Source of the DNA: Fidelibacterota bacterium
GTDB lineage: Bacteria; Fidelibacterota; UBA8477; JABMPR01
Reading direction: 5' to 3'
Assembly (NCBI GenBank): GCA_016844955.1
Contig: JAERTH010000085.1
Location: 1,778 to 65,777 of the forward strand
Length of the DNA stretch: 64,000 bases
The position numbers were made by a program, and so were the translations under genes. How positions within the stretch are numbered: the first letter of the stretch is position 1; each line of letters opens with the position of its first letter. Below, piece by piece: positions 1 to 9,754 of the stretch. The notes under the pieces were generated by a model, which did no database searches, was not told the origin of the DNA, and saw only the letters and a program-made list of their open reading frames with translations.

Positions 1-1
1 T

Positions 2-1399
2 TTATCGTTCAGAATTGTTGACATGTGTTGGTTTCCATTTTGTATGGTTAAACAGACTCAATATGATCAGACTGCTAAATATTCCTGGATAGAATGGTTC
101 AATGCCCCAAAAGTAACTCCACTGGTCGACTTTTGCAAAAAGGAACCAGAGGATTGCAGATAGTGGGGGTATGATCAGGTTTAGCTTCACTGAGATCGGT
201 GTCATGGGTCGATTTGCTATACTAAGGAGGGTGGGTGCTAGTAGTGCTGGTATGGCAATGGTTCCGAAGGTATACCATAGTGAAACAACTGATGGCAGCC
301 ATATGGCCATCAATATTCCCACGCATAGGACGGCTATCATTCCGTATTTTGTAAGAGAAGTTTCAGATATTTTCGAGAATCGATCTAATCCACCCAGAAC
401 ATCCTTTCCAAGGGTAATTCCTGAGATAAGGGTGTTACTATCAAGCGTAGACATCACTGTTGACAGAATTGCTATATAGAAAAGACCCTGAAGGCCAACC
501 GGAAGGATATTTTGTCCCAGGACGAGGAAAGCCTGAGATGTTATCGTATCGGATGGGAGATAGGAAAAGGCATATAGTCCAGTGAGGGTTGTCATAAAAT
601 CGAAGATAAACCAGAATCCTACAGCCCACAGAATTCCACGTTTGGCTACCTCAGGATTAGCTGTCGCATAAACACGTTGATGAAATCCGGGATCCACCAG
701 GGTCCAGGATCCGATAAAAAACCAGACCACTATATAGGCAATGCTATTACCGCCGGTGAGTGACCGATGGGAGGGTGGCAATGTGCTCCAAAGTGAAATG
801 GGGTTCATGTACTTTAAACTGAGAACCATTAGGATTATAAGGAATCCAAGAAACATAAGTACAAACTGTAACCTGTCAGTTTTAACCACTGAGGAGAACC
901 CGCCATTAAAGATGTAGACTAGAGAGAATAAGGTCCCCAATACAATTGACATGTTAAGTGGTAAACCAACAAAGAAGTTTAAAAGTAAACCCAGTGTTAA
1001 TATGTATGGGGCTGGACTTGCCAGCAGGAGAACCCATATAGAAGCCAATCTTCCTGCACTGCGGCCATAATCTCTGACCATAATTTCGGGAAGAGAGTTG
1101 ACCTCTAATTTACGTGCACGTTTTGCCACCAGGAGGGCAAACGCTATTCCGAAGACATAATAGGGTAGACCAAAAATTACCCAGTTGGAAATCCCGTAGC
1201 TGGTGCTATACTCACTCACCCCCAGGATACCACCGTACCAAGTTGAGACCAGTGTCATTACGAAAGCTGGAAGGGTTAGCTTGCGTCCCATGACCAGGTA
1301 GTCAGAACTACTCCTGGATTTGTTCCTTGTATATCCAATGGTAAAAACCACCATCAAGTACACTGCAATTATGCTTATATCGATGAAATGGAGAGTCAT
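2..1399 (-). CDS. Sodium:solute symporter (SSS) family transporter, probably for thiamine or a precursor
   Basis: Many TM helices with SSS motifs (DYLVMGRKL, STWYGG, GGFSSVVKTDRLQF, STVMSTLDS). Substrate is inferred from the adjacent thiamine pyrophosphokinase. Confidence 0.85.
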   Translation of the reverse strand: MTLHFIDISIIAVYLMVVFTIGYTRNKSRSSSDYLVMGRKLTLPAFVMTLVSTWYGGILGVSEYSTSYGISNWVIFGLPYYVFGIAFALLVAKRARKLEVNSLPEIMVRDYGRSAGRLASIWVLLLASPAPYILTLGLLLNFFVGLPLNMSIVLGTLFSLVYIFNGGFSSVVKTDRLQFVLMFLGFLIILMVLSLKYMNPISLWSTLPPSHRSLTGGNSIAYIVVWFFIGSWTLVDPGFHQRVYATANPEVAKRGILWAVGFWFIFDFMTTLTGLYAFSYLPSDTITSQAFLVLGQNILPVGLQGLFYIAILSTVMSTLDSNTLISGITLGKDVLGGLDRFSKISETSLTKYGMIAVLCVGILMAIWLPSVVSLWYTFGTIAIPALLAPTLLSIANRPMTPISVKLNLIIPPLSAILWFLFAKVDQWSYFWGIEPFYPGIFSSLIILSLFNHTKWKPTHVNNSER

Positions 1400-1415
1400 A
1401 AGTGAATACTGTTAC

Positions 1416-2054
1416 TTACTGATACACAGCAATATAGACACATCCATTAGCAAGACTGAATTGTGGGTCATTGATCAATGCAACATTACTCTGGCTGACT
1501 GGAGCATCGGAGGATGAGAAATTTGTTATTTCCCATTTCAAACCCCTAGATTGAAGCCCTTGATAGTCACTGACTGGAAGGACACTTAAAATATTGTCTT
1601 TTATGACTTTCAGGTCAGGTTGTATACTTGAAGTAAACCGGCCGATAATTTCTCTGCAATGACGACCATCAATGGAAATTTCCCGCTTGAAAATAACTTT
1701 TACCGAATGTGGCAGAGATGCACATATATGCAGGTTGTTTAACATATGGTCAACCCGACCACCACCAGCACCTAACAGATTCAATGAATCAACTTCATAT
1801 TTTTTATGGATGTAATGCAAAGCTTTCTGTAAATCTGTGAGATTTTGATCATTGACTTTTACAATTTGAACCTGATCATTAAAACTCACACTCAATGAAT
1901 CAAGATCACCAATAACGATATCTGGGAGTCGTGTTTTATTTCTAAAAACATTTGCTCCCCCATCCACAGCAATCACTAGATCAGCATCTGCTATTTCCGC
2001 GTTTAGCAATTCATCGCCGGGTCGATCCCCAGAAAGGATAAGTAAAATCTTCAT
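1416..2054 (-). CDS. thiN: Thiamine diphosphokinase
   Basis: Motifs AVDGGAN, IGDLDS, DQNLTDLQKAL, GGRVDH, GLKW, SN. Confidence 0.9.
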   Translation of the reverse strand: MKILLILSGDRPGDELLNAEIADADLVIAVDGGANVFRNKTRLPDIVIGDLDSLSVSFNDQVQIVKVNDQNLTDLQKALHYIHKKYEVDSLNLLGAGGGRVDHMLNNLHICASLPHSVKVIFKREISIDGRHCREIIGRFTSSIQPDLKVIKDNILSVLPVSDYQGLQSRGLKWEITNFSSSDAPVSQSNVALINDPQFSLANGCVYIAVYQ

Positions 2055-2060
2055 GGTGGG

Positions 2061-3482
2061 TTAATAAGTAAAGTAACTCTTGCCGATAAACTCGCGCAGA
2101 ATGGATGTCCCTGGGACATGTCGATCAGGAATAGAATGAAACAGAGACATGAGCGTTATAAGTCTTTCACGTATCGTATTTTTAGATGCTGCCTTTAAGA
2201 GGGGCATGGCATATCTCTTCAGAATGGAAAGCTCATAAATGAGTGCAGAGTTAAACATGGCGTCAGCTTGCTCCTGAAACGGAAAAATGTTTCTTAATTC
2301 TCCATGCCGGACAGAATTCCATCGACCAATTGTATCGTCAGCACTGTAACCTCGGTAGTGATGATCTCTTACTATTCTGCGAATCAGTCGGCCATCTGAT
2401 GTGGATACAGGATGAGTGTTATCAATGTTAAGCTGCGTTAATGCACTTATATACACACGATAGAAGCTCTCTGAGGGTAACCCTTGGTGAATTATAGGGT
2501 TTAGACCATGGATGCCTTCAAAGATTAAGACTTCACCCTCATCTAACCACATCGTGTCCTTTAATATCTCCTGTTTACCTTCCACAAAGTTATACCGACG
2601 CTTAAAAACAGGTTGTCCATAGATAAGTTGCTTAATTTCACGTTGCAACGTTGGGAGATCAATGCAGTCGACATTTTCAAAATCCAACGTTCCATCCGCT
2701 TGCGGAGTAATTTTATCCCGATCCAGGAAGTAGTCATCCATAGATAGATATCGAGATCGAATTCCATTGACGGCCAGGTGAATTGCCAGGCGCTTGGTAA
2801 AGGTAGTTTTTCCAGAGGAGGAGGGACCGGCCACAAAAATTATCCGCATACCCTTGCGTTTTGCTATATCATCTGATAGCGCTGCTATTCGCTTTTCATG
2901 AAGCCCTTCTGCCACCCAGATTAATTGTTTAAAACCTTGTTCAACAATTTGCTTATTCAAGTCGTGGATGGAAGATACTTTGAGAATGCGTCCCCATTTC
3001 TCATGCTCCTTCATCATTTGAAACAGTTTGGGTGAGTCTGCAAAAGAACCTATTCCTGCGCCATTCTCTCCAATTCTCAATAAAAAACCACGATCATACC
3101 CAATCAGGGAGAATTGTGGAATCGCGGACAAATCCAAATTTGTAAATTCATAGGATGCTGAAATGTGTTCATCCAGGATAAGAACTGGTGGTCGAACTGT
3201 ATTTATGCGTGGCGTCATGAGGTGCTTCCAGTCATCTGGTTTGGCATCTCTGATTTTGATGTGCTTATAGTTTGTTTGCAGTTCCACCATCTTGTTCTGG
3301 ATTTCAGCCAGTTCAGCAGGACTGATCTTTTTTTGTTCCTTGAGAACACAATAGTATCCATCACCAAAAGAATGATCTATTATGAGGGTGCGTTTATTTG
3401 AATAAATACTCCTGATGGCAGCTGACATAAGAAAAATTACAGAACGGGTTCTGTGGCGATATGATTCAATTTTATTGCTCAT
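2061..3482 (-). CDS. Uridine/nucleoside kinase with an N-terminal ThrRS-like domain
   Basis: P-loop AGPSSSGKTT plus SMDDYF, EGIHGLN, RLIRRIVRD and IFPFQEQAD, typical of the long uridine kinase family. Confidence 0.8.
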   Translation of the reverse strand: MSNKIESYRHRTRSVIFLMSAAIRSIYSNKRTLIIDHSFGDGYYCVLKEQKKISPAELAEIQNKMVELQTNYKHIKIRDAKPDDWKHLMTPRINTVRPPVLILDEHISASYEFTNLDLSAIPQFSLIGYDRGFLLRIGENGAGIGSFADSPKLFQMMKEHEKWGRILKVSSIHDLNKQIVEQGFKQLIWVAEGLHEKRIAALSDDIAKRKGMRIIFVAGPSSSGKTTFTKRLAIHLAVNGIRSRYLSMDDYFLDRDKITPQADGTLDFENVDCIDLPTLQREIKQLIYGQPVFKRRYNFVEGKQEILKDTMWLDEGEVLIFEGIHGLNPIIHQGLPSESFYRVYISALTQLNIDNTHPVSTSDGRLIRRIVRDHHYRGYSADDTIGRWNSVRHGELRNIFPFQEQADAMFNSALIYELSILKRYAMPLLKAASKNTIRERLITLMSLFHSIPDRHVPGTSILREFIGKSYFTY

Positions 3483-3754
3483 CTCTCACCGGTTTTCTTG
3501 ATAATATGATATCCAAACTGAGTCGAAATTGGTTTTGAGGGACGATTACGTGGCATTTTTCGAACCGCTTCTTCAAAAGGTTTTACCATTTTTCCCGTAC
3601 CAAACCACCCAAGATCACCACCTTTTGATTTGCTGGGGCAGGTAGAATACTCTTTTGAGAGTTGTTCAAATCGAGCGCCACTCTGAATACGCTTATATAT
3701 TTGATCTGCTAAACTTCTATTTTTTACCAGTATATGGCTGGCTCTCCACTCCAT
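3479..3754 (-). CDS. ppiC: Parvulin-type peptidyl-prolyl cis-trans isomerase
   Basis: RASHILV, STCPS, GGDLGWF, MVKPFE, TQFGYHII. Confidence 0.93.
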   Translation of the reverse strand: MEWRASHILVKNRSLADQIYKRIQSGARFEQLSKEYSTCPSKSKGGDLGWFGTGKMVKPFEEAVRKMPRNRPSKPISTQFGYHIIKKTGER

Positions 3755-3875
3755 AAGCTCTCCTTCGTAACCTTCATTTCACAGGAGCGCAAGATATAGT
3801 TTATGATGAATAAAGCAATGCATCCGTACAGGAGACACATTGACGCGATTCATACTTTCTAGGTGAACACCAGAG

Positions 3876-3904
3876 TTGCTATTGACATGTAACAAGGCTA
3901 TAAT
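3876..3904 (+). promoter_or_regulatory. Sigma70-like promoter of the AhpD-like gene
   Basis: TTGCTA (3876-3881), 17-nt spacer, TATAAT (3899-3904), about 40 nt upstream of ATG 3947; SD GGAG present. Confidence 0.6.
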
Positions 3905-3946
3905 GGACTTAAGCAGACCCATTAAACCTGACAATCCGGAGACTCC

Positions 3947-4492
3947 ATGGCATTTATCAACTACCTACCACCAGATGAAATTCCAGCAAAAGACAGGGTC
4001 CACGATTCAGATCATATCTTGAGAATTCATGGTGTACATAGTAGGGTGATGAAACTCCACTACGATCTTTACAAGGAGCTCATGTATGCCAAAGGTCCAC
4101 TTTCGCGAATTCAGCGAGAAATGATTGCAGTGGTAGTTTCCGCAGTTAATGAATGCCACTACTGAATTGAACATCACGGAGCGGGCCTCCGTCGGCTATT
4201 AAGTTCTAAGGGTATTCCTGATACAGAACAGGATGTGCTGATCAGCGCATTGGTGGAGGACCAGACTTCCAGTAGTTTAGATGAACGGGATATAACAATG
4301 CTCAAATATGTAGTCAAACTCACTCACAAGCCCGCTTCAATATCTGGTGATAATATTGAACAGTTAAGCACATGCAATTTTGATCATCTCGCCATTCATG
4401 ATATTTGTGCGATTACAGCATATTTTGGATTTGTAAATCGAATTGCAGATGGTCTGGGAGTGGAGCTGGAAGCACGCTTCAAATCTGGATAG
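3947..4492 (+). CDS. AhpD/carboxymuconolactone decarboxylase-like peroxidase-related selenoprotein (181 aa, Sec at TGA 4163-4165)
   Basis: ORFs 3947-4165 and 4235-4492 are in the same frame, separated by a single TGA. Readthrough gives EMIAVVVSAVNECHY(U)IEHHG, the AhpD CxxC...H motif as CxxU; C-terminus has FVNRIADGLGV. Confidence 0.85.
4176..4192 (+). promoter_or_regulatory. Putative bacterial SECIS element
   Basis: Hairpin ACGGAG-CGGGC-CTCCGT beginning at the 11th nt after the in-frame UGA, with a G-rich loop. Confidence 0.7.
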
Positions 4493-4500
4493 AACTTCAG

Positions 4501-5535
4501 TTATGGTAGAAATAAATCAGCAATATTTTCAGCCAGGTACTGAACACCTGGATCCCGACGATTGGTGAATATGATAATTGTAAGTTCTGAATCAGGGAAT
4601 CGCTGATACACGTTCCTGAAACCACATGTCCCACCAGTGTGGCTTACTCGACGCACCCCTTTATAATCTTCAATGCGCCAGCCGCATCCGTAGTTCTCCA
4701 ACCAGGGCGTAAAGGCAGAATCTATACTGGCATTGGAAATAATTTCTGAACCATATAGAGCTTGATCCCACTTATACATATCCTGTAAGGAACTGTATAT
4801 TCCACCATCACCCAAGACTGAAGAGGTAAGGCTCTGGTCGCTAAGTCTAACCGACCTTCCATCAACATGATAACCATAGGCTCTTTTGCTTATAACATTT
4901 TTTCCCTTTACAAACGCCAACGTATGATCCATACCCAACGGTGTAAATATATGTTTATCTAAATAATCCTGAAATGGCATCCCGGATACGCGCTCTACAG
5001 TCAAGGCCAATATTGCATAACCACCATTGCTATAACTGTATTCATTTCCTGGCTCATAATAAGTACTATCCTGTGTTAAGATTAATTCCAAAACATCAAG
5101 ATCATGTAGAGCGACGGTCAGGGTATCTGGTAGTATGGCTTCATAATCAACCAGACCGGAAGTATGATGTAACAGGTGTCCGTAGGTAATTTTTTCAGCA
5201 TAGACTGGAAATTCTGGAAATATATGAGATAGTCTAGTATTAAAATTAATCTCACCGGCTTCAATCAGTTGCAATATTGCCATGGCGGTAAATTGCTTGG
5301 TGACCGAGGCCAATCTGAAATTTGTACTGTCTGTAACATGGATTCCACGCTCTAAATCGGCAAATCCATAACTCTTGTTAACAAGGATTTCACCTTTTTG
5401 AATGACCATAACCGCTGCGCCGGGAACCCGCCCTTGATAATCATGAAATAGTTTATCAATCTCAGTAGTAGGGATTGTATTACAACTCATTAACAATAGG
5501 AAGAAAATTACGCCTGACAATAATCTTGATTTCAT
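4501..5535 (-). CDS. Serine hydrolase, beta-lactamase class C/D-aminopeptidase family lipoprotein
   Basis: Lipobox-like LLMSC, SxxK (ASVTK), YxN (YSN), HTG triad. Confidence 0.88.
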   Translation of the reverse strand: MKSRLLSGVIFFLLLMSCNTIPTTEIDKLFHDYQGRVPGAAVMVIQKGEILVNKSYGFADLERGIHVTDSTNFRLASVTKQFTAMAILQLIEAGEINFNTRLSHIFPEFPVYAEKITYGHLLHHTSGLVDYEAILPDTLTVALHDLDVLELILTQDSTYYEPGNEYSYSNGGYAILALTVERVSGMPFQDYLDKHIFTPLGMDHTLAFVKGKNVISKRAYGYHVDGRSVRLSDQSLTSSVLGDGGIYSSLQDMYKWDQALYGSEIISNASIDSAFTPWLENYGCGWRIEDYKGVRRVSHTGGTCGFRNVYQRFPDSELTIIIFTNRRDPGVQYLAENIADLFLP

Positions 5536-5745
5536 CTTTCTGCTCCGAGACTAACAGTGAAACTCATTTCGTGTGTATATACTATAAATTTGAACAGTCA
5601 AAGGCAAGTCATAGGGGGAGTGATTCTTGAAGAAGAAATGTTATTTATTCTATTCCATCCATCTATCGTTGAAATTAATATTAATCCATCTCATTATTAT
5701 AGTTGACATGGCCAGGTCATTTCAAGTCCAAGGAGTAGTTCAGCA

Positions 5746-7935
5746 ATGGAAATCAACATCACTAAACATTATTCACAGAAATGGTTCAAGCTGGCTCTTT
5801 CCGTTGTGCTGGTCCTCTTAACCCTCCTGCTTTCAGGGATAGATATTGTTGAAGATTTTGAAAACAGGTTGCTGGATTATCGATTCAGACATTGGATAGG
5901 AGCGGCGGAAGTTGATAGCAATATAGTCATTGTCAGCATTGATGATTTCAGCCTTGACTACTTTGCTGAAAATGGTATTTCCTGGCCCTGGCCCCGATCG
6001 TTTTATGGACACATCGTTGAATATTTAAGCAAGGCTGGTGCTGATGCAGTAATTTTTGATATGCTTTTCTCCCATGCAGATGCCGATCGCTCCTTCACCG
6101 ATGCAACTGAAACCGATAGTCTATTTGCTGAGTCAATGCTGGGTAATAATAATTCAGTATTGGGAATGATGTTGCTCAATCATGATCCAAGGCTCTCTTA
6201 TGCAGTAATACCAGCTTCTGATACACTTGTATTGATTCCACATATGCTACAGAGTGACAGTCTATTAGAGTTACCCATTGAAGTACTAATGTCCGCTGCT
6301 TCAGGCATTGGACATACCAATATTTATCCCGATCAGGATGGTATTTTTAGATACAACAAACCAATAATCAAACATGATAATGCTTTGATTCCCAGCCTGG
6401 CTACCGCTGCGTATCTCATATTGCACCCTGAAGCTAAGACTGACTTCAGCGGCAGACATATTCATCTTGGTGATCTGGATATCCCTGTGAATAAGTCGGG
6501 GGATCAGCTGATAAACTGGTATGGTGGTGCAGGTCCCTCCGGAGTATTTCCATACATTGCGTTCAAGGCCGTCATACAGTCTGCTAGTGCAGTTAAACAA
6601 GGGTTCACTCCTGCAATCGATCCGACCGCCTTTAAAAATAAGATAGTCATTATCGGTGCGGATGCATCTGGGCTAAGAGATCTAAAGGCAACACCCATTC
6701 TCCAGAATGGACTCCATCCAGGTATGGAAGTCTGGGCAACTGTATTGAGCAACTATCTCAAAGATGACTTTATCAATAACTTTCCGGAAGGATTGTTGTT
6801 TATGATACTGGTAGGTATGGGCTATGTTGTCTTATTAAGCTTCGATAGGCTACAGGCTCGTCGTGCCTATGCAATTTTGATTGCCCAGTTGTTACTATAT
6901 ACAGTTATAGCCTTTTTACTATGGATTCAAGATCCAAGAATACTCCTGCCGGCTACACCAGCCGTAATCATCAGTTTGCTGGCCTACCTGCTGGTATTCT
7001 CCAATGAAATGCGAGAAAGAATTTTTCTGAAACGCGTCTTCGGTCCTTATATCGCACCTGAATTAATGAGCATGATGTACCAGACCCGTGAAGCTCCTTC
7101 TTTGGGAGGGGAGCAGGTCAATGCCACGGCGTTCTTCAGTGATCTCCAGGGATTTACAAAATTTTCAGAAAAATTATCGCCAGTAAAGTTGGTGTCTTTG
7201 TTGAACGAGTATCTGACGGATATGACAGATTCACTTATGGGTCTCCGGGGGACACTGGACAAATATGAAGGCGATGCTATCATTGCCTTCTTCGGAGCGC
7301 CTGTGGTTGATTCTGACCATGCCCATCAAGCGGTAAAAGCCGCCATTGTAATGCAGAGGGGACTGGCCACCCTACGAACAAAATGGGAAAGTGAGGGTGA
7401 ACACTGGCCCGAAGAGATCAAAGATCTGCAGATGCGAATTGGTATTAATAGTGGTGAAATGTTAGTAGGAAATGTTGGCAGTAAGGGACGTATGAATTTT
7501 ACCATGATGGGTGATACTGTCAATGTAGCGGCTCGCCTGGAATCATCTGCCAAGCAATATGGAGTATTAACGCATATAAGTGAAGCAACAGCACGTCAGA
7601 TGCCACCGGAGATCATTTTACGCAGATTGGGTGCCACCCAACTGGTAGGCAAGGAAAATGCAGCTGTGAGTTATGAAGTTTTGGGATATGCCCAGGATTT
7701 AAGCGAATCAGACCATGAATTGCTAAAGCTCTGGCCCAAAGCACTACATGAGATCGAGGAACGAAATTGGGATGCCGCTGAAACAATATTCAGGAAGACC
7801 CTTGATCTTGAACGCGAATACAAGGGGAGGCCCACTAATCCAAGTCTGGTTTATCTTGAAACACGCCTACCCAGGTGGAGAGCTGAAAATCCAGGTGCAG
7901 GGTGGATCCCAATCTGGGTATTTGATACGAAATGA
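5746..7935 (+). CDS. CHASE2-domain class III adenylate/guanylate cyclase
   Basis: CHASE2 (IVIVSIDD, WPWPRS, DMLF), three TM helices, cyclase motifs FSDLQGFT, DKYEGDA, GDTVNVAARLES. The Lys in DK favours ATP specificity. Confidence 0.92.
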   Translation: MEINITKHYSQKWFKLALSVVLVLLTLLLSGIDIVEDFENRLLDYRFRHWIGAAEVDSNIVIVSIDDFSLDYFAENGISWPWPRSFYGHIVEYLSKAGADAVIFDMLFSHADADRSFTDATETDSLFAESMLGNNNSVLGMMLLNHDPRLSYAVIPASDTLVLIPHMLQSDSLLELPIEVLMSAASGIGHTNIYPDQDGIFRYNKPIIKHDNALIPSLATAAYLILHPEAKTDFSGRHIHLGDLDIPVNKSGDQLINWYGGAGPSGVFPYIAFKAVIQSASAVKQGFTPAIDPTAFKNKIVIIGADASGLRDLKATPILQNGLHPGMEVWATVLSNYLKDDFINNFPEGLLFMILVGMGYVVLLSFDRLQARRAYAILIAQLLLYTVIAFLLWIQDPRILLPATPAVIISLLAYLLVFSNEMRERIFLKRVFGPYIAPELMSMMYQTREAPSLGGEQVNATAFFSDLQGFTKFSEKLSPVKLVSLLNEYLTDMTDSLMGLRGTLDKYEGDAIIAFFGAPVVDSDHAHQAVKAAIVMQRGLATLRTKWESEGEHWPEEIKDLQMRIGINSGEMLVGNVGSKGRMNFTMMGDTVNVAARLESSAKQYGVLTHISEATARQMPPEIILRRLGATQLVGKENAAVSYEVLGYAQDLSESDHELLKLWPKALHEIEERNWDAAETIFRKTLDLEREYKGRPTNPSLVYLETRLPRWRAENPGAGWIPIWVFDTK

Positions 7936-8083
7936 TATTCACAACCTGCGTTAAGGTTCATGCGCAACGTCAACCGAGAGCACTTGACAAATGGCAATAC
8001 GACCAGGCTCTGCAACCAACTCAAGTTATTTTTAGGACGGTCGGAGCAAGTGTTAGTAGTAATCCATATTTAGGCCTATTGAA

Positions 8084-8686
8084 CTAACCAAGCACTACTA
8101 TGTTGAAAAAGATATATCCGACATAAACACCACACCCAGTCAGCATCCGCCTGCTGCGCTCATCCTGGGCGGCCTTGATAAAGCAATCCACATACAGAGC
8201 GGAATCATCAATGGTCATATGCTTAAAATTTTTAACATCCGGTTTTGGTGGTGCAACGAAATATGCAGGCAGCCCAATTATCCAAAATACTCCACCTGCA
8301 TACCAGAGGGGAGACGTGTTCTTTATGGCGTCTATTTTTGCTTGAACACAGATACTGGGGGCATTTAAACTGCTTATTGGAAGCCCTGTAAGTGGGTCGA
8401 ATTGTTGAATCAGTACTGGATTTTGTACGACTTCAGTCGATGGGGCCACATCTTCAATAATTTCACCGGTCTCAGGGTCATATGTTTGTACTGGCGTATT
8501 GTCAGGGGCTGACATGAGTGTGTCTGGTCTGTTCAAAAAGAATTCACCAGTATCAGGATCACTGGATTGCCCAAACCCCAATACAGTGAATACCAGAAAG
8601 TTCAAGGCGGACATTGACCTGCAGTTGAGTATTCGATGCATGTTCTTCATAAACCCTCGAGTCCTTATGATGATAATTGTAAACAA
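8084..8686 (-). CDS. Hypothetical exported/membrane protein with three DPxTG repeats (true start probably downstream of 8686)
   Basis: Signal-like hydrophobic stretch, repeats SDPDTGE / YDPETGE / FDPLTGL, two C-terminal hydrophobic segments. Confidence 0.6.
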   Translation of the reverse strand: MFTIIIIRTRGFMKNMHRILNCRSMSALNFLVFTVLGFGQSSDPDTGEFFLNRPDTLMSAPDNTPVQTYDPETGEIIEDVAPSTEVVQNPVLIQQFDPLTGLPISSLNAPSICVQAKIDAIKNTSPLWYAGGVFWIIGLPAYFVAPPKPDVKNFKHMTIDDSALYVDCFIKAAQDERSRRMLTGCGVYVGYIFFNIVVLG

Positions 8687-8823
8687 TTAGGTTTACCAGT
8701 ATGCCAAGGTTCCAGCTTGTTGTTTCATCTAATGTAACACTGATTGACACTATCATACAATACCGTAAAATGCATGATATTAAAATCTTAGTGAAAGGTG
8801 TATGGTGTTTAATTCAGAAGAAT

Positions 8824-8854
8824 AAAAAGGCCCCTGAATTATCAGGGACCTTTT
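8824..8854 (-). terminator. Intrinsic terminator of the tRNA Gln-Glu-Arg operon (potentially bidirectional)
   Basis: Minus strand AAGGTCCCTGA-TAAT-TCAGGGGCCTT-TTT directly after tRNA-Arg. Confidence 0.8.
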
Positions 8855-8855
8855 G

Positions 8856-8929
8856 TACACCGGCCAGGAGTCGAACCCGGAACCTTCTGGTCCGTAGCCA
8901 AACGCTCTATCCAATTGAGCTACCGGTGC
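8856..8929 (-). tRNA. tRNA-Arg(ACG)
   Basis: GCACCGGTAGCTCAATTGGATAGAGCG...CT-ACG-GA...GGTTCGACTCC...CCGGTGTA cloverleaf. Confidence 0.95.
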
Positions 8930-8962
8930 ATGTCAAATTATAGCCTGAGCCATAATAGTCTG

Positions 8963-9035
8963 TAGCGCGTAGGGGAGTCGAACCCCTGTTACCGGCGTGA
9001 GAGGCCAGCGTCCTAGACCACTAGACGAACGCGCC
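8963..9035 (-). tRNA. tRNA-Glu(CTC)
   Basis: GGCGCGTTCGTCTAGTGGTCTAGGACG...CT-CTC-AC...GGTTCGACTCCCCTACGCGCTA. Confidence 0.95.
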
Positions 9036-9097
9036 AAAATACATCATAATATCGATATTACACCTTGAATCGATACTAGACCTAAGTTTAAAAAGCG

Positions 9098-9168
9098 TTG
9101 CCGGGGGAGGATTCGAACCCCCAATGAAGGAACCAGAGACCTTAGTGTTACCATTACACCACCCGGCA
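9098..9168 (-). tRNA. tRNA-Gln(CTG)
   Basis: TGCCGGGTGGTGTAATGGTAACAC...CT-CTG-GT...GGTTCGAATCCTCCCCCGGCAA. Confidence 0.93.
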
Positions 9169-9187
9169 AAAAGCTTAAAGCGCGGCG

Positions 9188-9216
9188 AATATAAACAGCA
9201 CCCTAAGGCTTGGCAA
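9188..9216 (-). promoter_or_regulatory. Sigma70 promoter of the tRNA-Gln operon
   Basis: TTGCCA, 17 nt, TATATT, followed by GC-rich discriminator CGCCGCGC-TTTAAG. Confidence 0.7.
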
Positions 9217-9335
9217 TATTATATTCCATTATCATTTCTCAATTACGATTTCCAGGTATTGCCTATAAAATGACCGAGGCTAATTAGATTTCTCTTTATA
9301 CATCAAAAGTTAAACTATATCGTGGAAGCAATATT

Positions 9336-9668
9336 ATGAACACAACTATGAGCGTCATATCGACTACTGTAGATTCAATAGAGGCTGCTGAAGAATTGGC
9401 TACATATCTGGTAGAACATCGATTGGCTGCGTGCGTCCAGATCATTCCTGGAATAACCAGCATATATAAATGGCAGAACAAAATACAAAAGGGCGAAGAG
9501 TATTTGCTTCAAATCAAAACTCGCAGGACGCATATTCAGAAAACCATTGCCTGTCTAGCAGAAAGACATCCATACGATACACCTGAAAATATAGCCACAC
9601 CTGTAGAGATTGCAGCAAAAGACTATACAGAATGGGTTTTAGGCGCTACAGACCCAGATACTGCCTAA
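9336..9668 (+). CDS. cutA: Divalent-cation tolerance protein CutA
   Basis: LAACVQI, SIYKWQ, E.LLQIKT, HPYDTPE. Confidence 0.93.
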   Translation: MNTTMSVISTTVDSIEAAEELATYLVEHRLAACVQIIPGITSIYKWQNKIQKGEEYLLQIKTRRTHIQKTIACLAERHPYDTPENIATPVEIAAKDYTEWVLGATDPDTA

Positions 9669-9711
9669 TACATGGTTAATATATATTATGTCGAGTAGTG
9701 TATTCATGTAA

Positions 9712-9732
9712 AAAGGGTATGCTCTACCCTTT
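9712..9732. terminator. Bidirectional terminator between convergent cutA and leuS
   Basis: AAAGGGTA-TGCTC-TACCCTTT. Confidence 0.65.
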
Positions 9733-9754
9733 CTACCTAACGCCTTGATATTAT

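Noticed and set aside
3947-4492. AhpD-like gene as a nonsense pseudogene
   Set aside because: The stop falls exactly on the redox Cys position and is followed by a SECIS-like hairpin, so Sec recoding is more parsimonious.
3800-8850. Integrative element or prophage next to tRNA-Arg
   Set aside because: Accessory-looking genes are present, but I found no integrase, transposase, phage gene or duplicated tRNA 3' end.
8701-8943. 80-aa plus-strand ORF and a TTGACA-16-TAAAAT promoter-like site (8744-8771) suggesting an sRNA
   Set aside because: The ORF overlaps tRNA-Arg antisense; the promoter match lies in AT-rich DNA with no supporting structure.
9132-9140. U-U mismatch closing the tRNA-Gln anticodon stem
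   Set aside because: A single non-canonical 31-39 pair is tolerated, and the rest of the cloverleaf is normal.
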